DNA of 64,000 bases from an uncultured Alphaproteobacteria bacterium. GTDB lineage: Bacteria; Pseudomonadota; Alphaproteobacteria; Micropepsales; Micropepsaceae. Position 1 is the first letter of the stretch, and the number at the start of each line of letters is the position of its first letter. Location: positions 50,517 through 114,516 of the forward strand of contig CAVPYO010000021.1 of the NCBI GenBank assembly GCA_963710025.1, written 5' to 3'. Position numbers and translations under genes: made by a program. This document shows, one piece after another, positions 17,049 to 29,116 of this stretch. The notes under the pieces are model-generated. The model had not been told where the DNA came from and made no database searches. It was given only the letters and a program-made list of their open reading frames with translations.

Positions 17049-19304
17049 ATGAACACGCCCTTGAAAGTTCTCGTTCTCGCCGCGGGACAGAAGTCGATGC
17101 CATCCGGCGGCGGCGCGCTTGAGCTGCAACCGCTCGGCGACAGCACCGTGCTCGGACACGTGGTGCGCAACTTGCGCGGGCTTGCGGCGCCGCGCGATCT
17201 CATCGTCATCGCGGCGCCGGGCTCGCTCAAGGCGATCCAGAAAGAGCTGGGCTGGGAGCCAGCCTATGTCATCCAGGAAGAACCGCTGGGCACCGGCCAT
17301 GCCGTTTTGCAGGCGGCGGGGATCTTGAGCGGATACGACGGGGACCTACTCATCCTTTATGCCGACACGCCGCTGCTGCGCCCGGCTACGCTGCGCGGCC
17401 TTCTAAACCGTCACCGGCTGAAAGCCGCCGACCTCACCCTCCTCACCGCCAACGTCCCGCAAGACCTGCCCTACGGGCGCGTACGGCGCGACGCCTCTGG
17501 CAAGATTCTCGACATCATCGAGCAATCCGAGGCGACAACGGAGGTCAAGGCGCTGCGCGAATTGAACGTCGGCGCCTATGTGGTGCGCGCGACGACGATC
17601 CTCGAGGCCCTGAGCGGCCTTAAGCCCCCCGAAGATGCCGCCGAATTGCGCCTGACGGATTGCGTGCAGCAGCTTTTGCGCTCGGGCCTGAAAGTGGACA
17701 GCTACCAGCTCTACGATCCGGACGAGGTTCGCGGCATCAACGACATCGCGGATCTGGAACAGGCCGCTTTCATTCTCCAGAAGCGGCTTTTCCGCCCTCG
17801 CCGCCAGGAAGAGGAAAACGAGGTGTCGTTCGGCACCGGCGGCTGGCGCGCCATCATCGGCGAAGGGTTCACTCTGCATAATGTGCGGCGGCTCTGCCAA
17901 GCCCTCGCCAACGAGAGCACGCGCAGCGGAGTGGAGAAAAAGGGCGTCATCGTCGGTTACGACCGCCGCTTCCTTAGCCGCCAGGCCGCCGAGGCCGCGA
18001 GCGAGGTATTCGCCGGCAACAATATCCCGACGATCTTATGCAGCGAGGATGCTCCGACTCCGCTCATCAACTATGCCACAGCGATGCTGGGCAGCGCCTA
18101 CGGTTTGGCCTTCACCGCCAGCCACAACCCACCGGAATGGAATGGATTGAAAGTGTTTCACGGCGACGGCTCGTTGCTGCTCGATCACGAGACCAAGACC
18201 GTCGCCGCCGAAACGAATGCCCTGACCACATCCGACGTCATCAAGCTGGAGCTGGATCTGGCTCTGGAGGCCGGCATCGTCAAGGTCAGGGACTTCACCA
18301 ACGAATATGTCGATGCGGTGGAAGCCTTGATCGACATGGACGTGATCCGCAAGGCGGGACTGAAGCTGATCGTGGATCCGATGTACGGCGTGGGGCAATT
18401 GACTCTCGAGACGGTCCTCGTCGAAGCGCGCTGCCGGGTTCACTTCATCCACAACCGCCATAATCCGCTTTTCGGCGGACGCAGCCCGGCGCCCGATCTG
18501 GAGGCGATGCGCGATCTCATCAACGAATTGCAGCAGAAAAGTTACGATCTGGGGCTGGCGATGGACGGCGACGCGGACCGTATCGCCATCGTCGACGAGA
18601 AAGGCCGCTACATCTCGTTTAACGACGTGCTCGTGCTGCTTTACTGGTATCTGCACGAAGTACGCGGCGAACGGGGCAGCGTGGTGCGCAATCTCAGCAC
18701 CACGCATATTCTGGACCGTTTGGCCAAGGCGCTCGGCGAGGACTGCATCGAAGTGCCGGTGGGCTTCAAGCACATCGCCGCCGCGATGGTCGAGCACAAC
18801 GCCCTGCTGGGCGGAGAGAGCAGCGGCGGCCTCACCATCCGCGGCCATATCCTCGGCAAGGACGGCATCTTCGCCTCGGCAATCGTGGTGGAGATGGTGG
18901 CGCGCACCGGTCTCAAGATCAGCGAATTGCAGGAGAAAGTGTGGTCCCTGACCGGTCGGCTTTACAGCGCAGAGGAACATTTCCCCGCTACGCCGGAAAT
19001 GAAGATCGCCATTCCGAAGCTGCTGAAGGAAGCGCCTTGCAACGATGTCGCCGGCTATCCGGTGGAACGCATCAGCCACGTGGACGGCACCAAGCTCTAC
19101 CTGGCCAACGACAACTGGGCGCAGCTGCGCTTCAGCGGCACCGAGCCTGTGCTGCGCCTAGCGGTGGAAGCGGACAGCCCCGAGAAGGCGCGGGACCTGA
19201 TCGCTTGGCTGAAGCAATTCGTCTCCGCAAAAGCAGAAAAATCGACAACCGCCGAGGATCCATGCGTTACGGCCATTTCGACAATGAAAACCGCGAATAT
19301 GTGA
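17049..19304 (+). CDS. Fusion: GlmU-like nucleotidyltransferase domain plus phosphohexomutase (probable GlcNAc-1-P/6-P mutase)
   Basis: The N-terminal ~250 aa carry GlmU-like motifs (LAAG, QEEPLGTGHAV, LYADTPL, YGRV, ELNVG, LTD, GIND). The C-terminal part has intact mutase motifs TASHNP, DGDADR, GGESSGG and RFSGTEP. Confidence 0.85.
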   Translation: MNTPLKVLVLAAGQKSMPSGGGALELQPLGDSTVLGHVVRNLRGLAAPRDLIVIAAPGSLKAIQKELGWEPAYVIQEEPLGTGHAVLQAAGILSGYDGDLLILYADTPLLRPATLRGLLNRHRLKAADLTLLTANVPQDLPYGRVRRDASGKILDIIEQSEATTEVKALRELNVGAYVVRATTILEALSGLKPPEDAAELRLTDCVQQLLRSGLKVDSYQLYDPDEVRGINDIADLEQAAFILQKRLFRPRRQEEENEVSFGTGGWRAIIGEGFTLHNVRRLCQALANESTRSGVEKKGVIVGYDRRFLSRQAAEAASEVFAGNNIPTILCSEDAPTPLINYATAMLGSAYGLAFTASHNPPEWNGLKVFHGDGSLLLDHETKTVAAETNALTTSDVIKLELDLALEAGIVKVRDFTNEYVDAVEALIDMDVIRKAGLKLIVDPMYGVGQLTLETVLVEARCRVHFIHNRHNPLFGGRSPAPDLEAMRDLINELQQKSYDLGLAMDGDADRIAIVDEKGRYISFNDVLVLLYWYLHEVRGERGSVVRNLSTTHILDRLAKALGEDCIEVPVGFKHIAAAMVEHNALLGGESSGGLTIRGHILGKDGIFASAIVVEMVARTGLKISELQEKVWSLTGRLYSAEEHFPATPEMKIAIPKLLKEAPCNDVAGYPVERISHVDGTKLYLANDNWAQLRFSGTEPVLRLAVEADSPEKARDLIAWLKQFVSAKAEKSTTAEDPCVTAISTMKTANM

Positions 19305-21652
19305 TCGACCGGATCGACGTCCCGGTCTCCTGGACCAATTACATCGGCGTGAACCGGATGTGCGCGGTGCTCAGCCATGTGGCGGGCGGCTACAGCTTCT
19401 ACCGCGATGCCGAGCACGGCCGCATCACCCGATTCCGCCCCAATGGCGTGCCCATGGATTGGCCGGGGCACTGGATATACCTGCGCGACGACGAGGACAG
19501 GGACTATTGGACGATCACCTGGCAGCCGGTGGGAAAGCCCTTGGACCAGGCAAAATACGAATGCCGCCACGGCTTGTCCTATTCCCGCTACGAAGCCGAA
19601 TACAAAGGTATCCGCGCGGAACAGCTGATCTTCATCACCCACGAGGACGACGTGGAGATCTGGGATGTGCGGGTGAAAAACCTTTCGAGTCGCCCGCGCA
19701 CGCTCAGCCTCTTCAGCTATCTCGAATGGAGTTTCCACCACATCGAGATCGACAACCAGAATTTCCAGATGTCTCTTTATGCCAGCGGCTCCAGTTACGC
19801 CCAGGGCGTGATCGAATACGACTTCCATTACGAACCCTGGACCTACCATTTCCACGCCGCGAGTTTCGAGCCCGACGGCTTCGACAGCATGCGCGACAGC
19901 TGGATCGGGCCTTACCGCAGCGAACGCAATCCGCTGGCGGTGAGCGACGGCCGCTGCGGCGACAGCGCGGAGACGACCGGCAACCACTGCGCCAGCCTCC
20001 ACAAGCGGATCACGCTTGCTCCCGGCGAAGAGCGGCGATTTGTCTTCATGGTCGGCACCGGCGACCGCGCGGTGGGTATCGAGAAAAAGGCCAAGTATAG
20101 CGACTTCAAGAAGGTCGACGCCGCCTTCGCCGACCTCAAAGACTATTGGGACGAGAAATGCGCCGTCTTCCAGGCGACGACGCCCAATCCCGGGCTCGAC
20201 ACCATGGTCAACATCTGGACGCTCTACCAGGCGGAGACCTGCGTGGTTTGGAGCCGGTTCGCCAGCTTCATCGAGGTCGGCGGTCGCACCGGACTTGGCT
20301 ATCGCGACACCAGTCAGGACGTGATGGCGGTTCCTCACACCAACCCGGCGAAGGTCAAGCAACGCCTCACGGAGCTGCTCAACGGCCAGGTCAGCATGGG
20401 CTACGGCCTGCACCTATTCGATCCGGAATGGTTCCTCCCGCAGCAAAAGCCAAAATTCAAGAGTCCCACGATCGCGCATGCACCGGCCAAATCGAGCTAC
20501 ATCCACGGACCCGACCAAGCCTGCTCGGACGACCATCTCTGGCTCATCCCCTCGATCTGCGACTATGTGAAGGAAACCGGCGATACCGCCTTCTTCGACG
20601 AGGTGATTCCTTATTGCGACAAAGGCGAAGCCACGGTTTGGGACCATATGAAGGCGGCCCTCAATTTCAGCGCCAAAAAAGTCGGCCCCTCGGGTATCTG
20701 CCTCGGTCTGCGCGCCGACTGGAACGATTGTCTCAATCTTGGCGGCGGCGAGAGCGCCATGGTGAGCTTCTTGCACCATTGGGCCCTGCTCGCCTTCGTG
20801 GAGGCGGCCCAGTTCCTGGGCCGTCAGGAGGACGGCGAAACCTATCGCGCCCTGGCGGCCAAGGTGCGCGCCGCCTGCGAGCGCGAATTGTGGGACGGCA
20901 AATGGTATGCCCGCGGCACCACCGCGTCCGGCCTCAAGATCGGCACCGAGGCCAGCGAAGAGGCCAAGGTCTTCATCGAAAGCAACAGCTGGGCGGTCCT
21001 CTCCGACGCCGCGCCGCGCAAGCACGCCGAAGCCGCGGTCGCGGCGATGGACGAACATCTTTTCTCGCCTTGGGGACTGCACCTTCTGCAGCCGAGTTTC
21101 TCACGGCCCAACGACGAGATCGGTTTCATGGGCCGCGTCTACAAAGGCGTGAAGGAAAACGGTGCCATCTTCAGCCATCCCAATCCCTGGGCGGTGATCG
21201 CCGCGGCGAAACTCGGCCAGGGCGGCCGCGCGATGCGCTTCTACGACAGTCTTTTGCCCTATAATCAGAACGACAAGATCGAAACCCGGCAGGCGGAACC
21301 CTACAGCTATTGCCAGTTCGTCTACGGCGCCGAGCACAAGCGGCATGGCCGGGCGCGGCATCCCTGGCTGACCGGCAGCGCCGGTTGGAGTTACACCGCC
21401 GTCACCAAATGGATTCTCGGCGTGCGTCCCGGCTTTAAGGGCTTAACGGTCGATCCCTGCATCCCGCCCAATTGGCCAAGCTTCACGGTTGTACGCAAAT
21501 GGCGCGGCGCCACCTATCGCATCGAGATCCGCAATCCGGACGGCGTCAGCAAGGGCGTGCGCTCCATACTTCTCGACGGAAAACCCATTGCGGGCGAAAT
21601 ACCGGTTCAACCCACCGGTAGCGTGGCCGACGTTACCGTCGTCATGGGTTAG
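19262..21652 (+). CDS. chbP: N,N'-diacetylchitobiose phosphorylase (GH94)
   Basis: Starts MRYGHFDNENREYVI like Vibrio ChbP, with GAGGA RBS. Carries RTGLGYRD, CSDDHLWL, RADWNDCLNLGG, KENGAIFSHPNPW and HPWLTGSAGW. Confidence 0.88.
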   Translation: MRYGHFDNENREYVIDRIDVPVSWTNYIGVNRMCAVLSHVAGGYSFYRDAEHGRITRFRPNGVPMDWPGHWIYLRDDEDRDYWTITWQPVGKPLDQAKYECRHGLSYSRYEAEYKGIRAEQLIFITHEDDVEIWDVRVKNLSSRPRTLSLFSYLEWSFHHIEIDNQNFQMSLYASGSSYAQGVIEYDFHYEPWTYHFHAASFEPDGFDSMRDSWIGPYRSERNPLAVSDGRCGDSAETTGNHCASLHKRITLAPGEERRFVFMVGTGDRAVGIEKKAKYSDFKKVDAAFADLKDYWDEKCAVFQATTPNPGLDTMVNIWTLYQAETCVVWSRFASFIEVGGRTGLGYRDTSQDVMAVPHTNPAKVKQRLTELLNGQVSMGYGLHLFDPEWFLPQQKPKFKSPTIAHAPAKSSYIHGPDQACSDDHLWLIPSICDYVKETGDTAFFDEVIPYCDKGEATVWDHMKAALNFSAKKVGPSGICLGLRADWNDCLNLGGGESAMVSFLHHWALLAFVEAAQFLGRQEDGETYRALAAKVRAACERELWDGKWYARGTTASGLKIGTEASEEAKVFIESNSWAVLSDAAPRKHAEAAVAAMDEHLFSPWGLHLLQPSFSRPNDEIGFMGRVYKGVKENGAIFSHPNPWAVIAAAKLGQGGRAMRFYDSLLPYNQNDKIETRQAEPYSYCQFVYGAEHKRHGRARHPWLTGSAGWSYTAVTKWILGVRPGFKGLTVDPCIPPNWPSFTVVRKWRGATYRIEIRNPDGVSKGVRSILLDGKPIAGEIPVQPTGSVADVTVVMG

Positions 21653-21658
21653 TTCCGC

Positions 21659-22573
21659 ATGCGTTTCGGAATAGATCTCGGCGGCACCAAAATCGAAATC
21701 CGCGCTCTGGGCGAGCACGGCAAGGAGCTACTGTGCAAACGCGTGCCAACGCCCACGCAGTGTTATGCAGATGTCGTCGCCGCCATTCGCGACCTCGTTT
21801 TCGACAGCGAGCTGCAGCTCGGCCGGCGCGGTAGCGTGGGCGTCGCCATCCCCGGATCGATGAGCAGCATGACCGGCCTTGTCAAAAACGCACCGAACAT
21901 CGGCCTCAAGGGCCATCCTTTGGATCGGGATCTGGCCGCGGCGCTGGGCCGGCCGGTGCGCATCGAGAACGACGCCAATTGTTTTACCCTTTCGGAAGCC
22001 CGCGATGGCGCCGCTGCCGGCAAGAATGTCGTGTTCGGCATCATCGTCGGAACCGGTGTGGGCGGCGGCATATGCGTCGGCGGCCATATCCTGACCGGCG
22101 CCAACCACATCGCCGGCGAATGGGGCCATACGCCTCTGCCCGCGCCATGCGGCGAAGAATTGACTCATCCGGTTCTCTGCAAGTGCGGTCGCAGCAACTG
22201 CATCGAAAGCTGGTGCAGCGGCCCGGGGTTGGCCGCGCGCTTTACCGTTCGCACCGGCCGTACGCTGTCGGTGCCGGAAATCGTTGCGGAAGCCAAGAGG
22301 GGCGACCGGGAAGCGGCCGAAGAAATGGAAAAATTCTACGACCGGTTCGCCAGAGCGATCGGCACGATCGTCAGCATTATCGACCCGGATGTCGTCGTGA
22401 TCGGCGGGGGGCTTTCCAATATCGACGCGCTATACAGCGAATTGCCGAGACGGGCGCAGAAACATGCCATCTCGCCGGAAGGCCCCATCCGCGTCGTCAA
22501 GAACCGCCATGGCGATTCCAGCGGCGTGCGCGGCGCCGCGTGGCTGTGGCGCGAAGAAGAAGTCGAAGAATAG
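21659..22573 (+). CDS. ROK-family sugar kinase (Mak-like; probable GlcNAc kinase by context)
   Basis: GIDLGGTKIE, ENDANCF, GTGVGGG, GEWGH and the Zn motif CKCGRSNCIE. Confidence 0.85.
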   Translation: MRFGIDLGGTKIEIRALGEHGKELLCKRVPTPTQCYADVVAAIRDLVFDSELQLGRRGSVGVAIPGSMSSMTGLVKNAPNIGLKGHPLDRDLAAALGRPVRIENDANCFTLSEARDGAAAGKNVVFGIIVGTGVGGGICVGGHILTGANHIAGEWGHTPLPAPCGEELTHPVLCKCGRSNCIESWCSGPGLAARFTVRTGRTLSVPEIVAEAKRGDREAAEEMEKFYDRFARAIGTIVSIIDPDVVVIGGGLSNIDALYSELPRRAQKHAISPEGPIRVVKNRHGDSSGVRGAAWLWREEEVEE

Positions 22574-22692
22574 AAGCCAGCGCGTCTTTTCGCGCGTGCG
22601 TCGCGTGACGATTACCTCTGCAAGGCCGCAAACGATATTATAGCGCTTCCGGCGTTTACGCCATAATACCGGAAAATTTACCATCCCCCACC

Positions 22693-24144
22693 TTATCCCG
22701 GCAGTTCGCTGGAGCCCATCAGAAATCTGTCGACCTCACGCGCGCATTCCCGCCCCTCGCGAATCGCCCACACGACCAGCGATTGTCCGCGCCGCATGTC
22801 GCCGCAGGAGAAAATCTTGGGCGTCGTGGTTTTGTAATCTTCCATGCTCGCCTTCACATTGCCGCGCGCATCCAGCTCCACACCCGCCTGTTCGACGAGG
22901 CCCGCTTTGCGCGGCCCGGCGAACCCCATGGCGAGCAACACCAGATCGCATTTGATCTGGAAGGCGCTGCGCGGGATTTCGACCAGATTCATCTGCCCGC
23001 CATCGCCGAGCTTCCAGTCCACGCGCACGCATTCCAGGGCTTGGATCTTGCCGTCCTTGCCGGTGGCGCGTTTGGTCAGCACCGACCAGTCGCGCTCGCA
23101 GCCTTCTTCCTGAGAAGACGAGGTGCGCAGTTTCAGCGGCCAATCCGGCCAAGTGAGCGCCTTGTTTTCCTTGTCCGGCGGCTTGGCGAGAATCTCGAGC
23201 TGGGTCACCGAAAGCGCGCCCTGCCGGTTGGCGGTGCCGATACAGTCCGATCCCGTATCGCCGCCGCCGATCACCACGACATGCTTGCCTTCAGCGCTCA
23301 GCGTGCCGTTCGGCGCCGCCTTGGATTCGTCGTCGCCCGCCACGCGCTTGTTCTGCTGGGTCAGAAAATCCATCGCATAATGGATGCCCGCCAGTTCGCG
23401 GCCCTCGACTCGCAGATCGCGCGGGCTCTCCGCCCCGCCCGCCATCACCACCGCATCATACTCGGCGAGAAGCCGCGATACCGGGTAAGAGACGCCCACT
23501 TCGACGCCGGGGCGGAACTCCACGCCTTCGGCCTGCAGCTGTTCGAGGCGCCGATCGATGAGATGTTTTTCCATTTTGAAATCGGGAATGCCGTAGCGCA
23601 GCAATCCGCCCATCCGGTCGTTCTTCTCGAACACCGTGATGTCATGCCCAGTGCGCGCCAGTTGCTGCGCGCAGGCCAGCCCTGCCGGACCGGAACCAAT
23701 CACAGCAACTTTTTTGCCGGTTTTCTTTGCCGGGGCGGAAGGCCGAATCCAGCCCTCTTCCCAGCCGCGATCCACAATCTGGCATTCGATGGTTTTGATC
23801 GTGACCGGATTGTCCTGGATGTTGAGCGTGCAGCTCGCCTCGCAGGGCGCGGGGCAGACGCGTCCCGTGAATTCCGGAAAATTATTCGTCGAGTGCAGCG
23901 TCTCCAGCGCAACGCGCCACTGTTCGCGATAGACGAGGTTGTTCCAGTCGGGGATCAAATTGTTGACCGGGCATCCCGTGTGACAAAAGGGAATGCCGCA
24001 GTCCATGCAGCGCGCCGCCTGCTTGCCGATTTCGCCATAAGGCAACGGTTTCACGAATTCATGATAATTGGTCTTGCGCACGTCGGGCTTTTCAATGCCG
24101 CGATCCTGGCGTTCGATTTCCAGAAAACCCGTGATCTTGCCCAT
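22693..24144 (-). CDS. gltD: Glutamate synthase small subunit
   Basis: MGKITGFLE start, [43 protein letters not shown]. Confidence 0.95.
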   Translation of the reverse strand: MGKITGFLEIERQDRGIEKPDVRKTNYHEFVKPLPYGEIGKQAARCMDCGIPFCHTGCPVNNLIPDWNNLVYREQWRVALETLHSTNNFPEFTGRVCPAPCEASCTLNIQDNPVTIKTIECQIVDRGWEEGWIRPSAPAKKTGKKVAVIGSGPAGLACAQQLARTGHDITVFEKNDRMGGLLRYGIPDFKMEKHLIDRRLEQLQAEGVEFRPGVEVGVSYPVSRLLAEYDAVVMAGGAESPRDLRVEGRELAGIHYAMDFLTQQNKRVAGDDESKAAPNGTLSAEGKHVVVIGGGDTGSDCIGTANRQGALSVTQLEILAKPPDKENKALTWPDWPLKLRTSSSQEEGCERDWSVLTKRATGKDGKIQALECVRVDWKLGDGGQMNLVEIPRSAFQIKCDLVLLAMGFAGPRKAGLVEQAGVELDARGNVKASMEDYKTTTPKIFSCGDMRRGQSLVVWAIREGRECAREVDRFLMGSSELPG

Positions 24145-24146
24145 GA

Positions 24147-28811
<4,665 letters not shown>

Positions 28812-29116
28812 GTTCCCTCCGGGAGCCCAAAATCAAGCTTTACATAAGCTTTGCGGTTCGCTCCTGGCAATGCCAATTATTGCGCAATAGTGACGCTCTT
28901 TTGAAATCTAATTGCTTTGTTTGACGCTTGCGAGGGCAAAAAATAACCATTCGATCCCTTAAAAAAGTCACTTGTGCCATTCACCACGTCCTACAGCCGC
29001 GGGTGAGGCAGAAATGGGGCCAACGGTTTCAAGGTCTTGGGGGCTCGGCCGAACACCGCATTGGCTTACAACGCGGCCTCCCGGTCGGTTCAACGTTCGC
29101 AATGATGCCGAGGCGG

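Noticed and set aside
22665-22683. GGTATT/TGGTAA boxes resembling NagQ sites
   Set aside because: They lie between two convergent 3' ends with no promoter to control, and such short motifs arise by chance.
28865-28883. Sigma54 promoter before gltB
   Set aside because: GG-to-GC spacing does not match -24/-12 on either strand.
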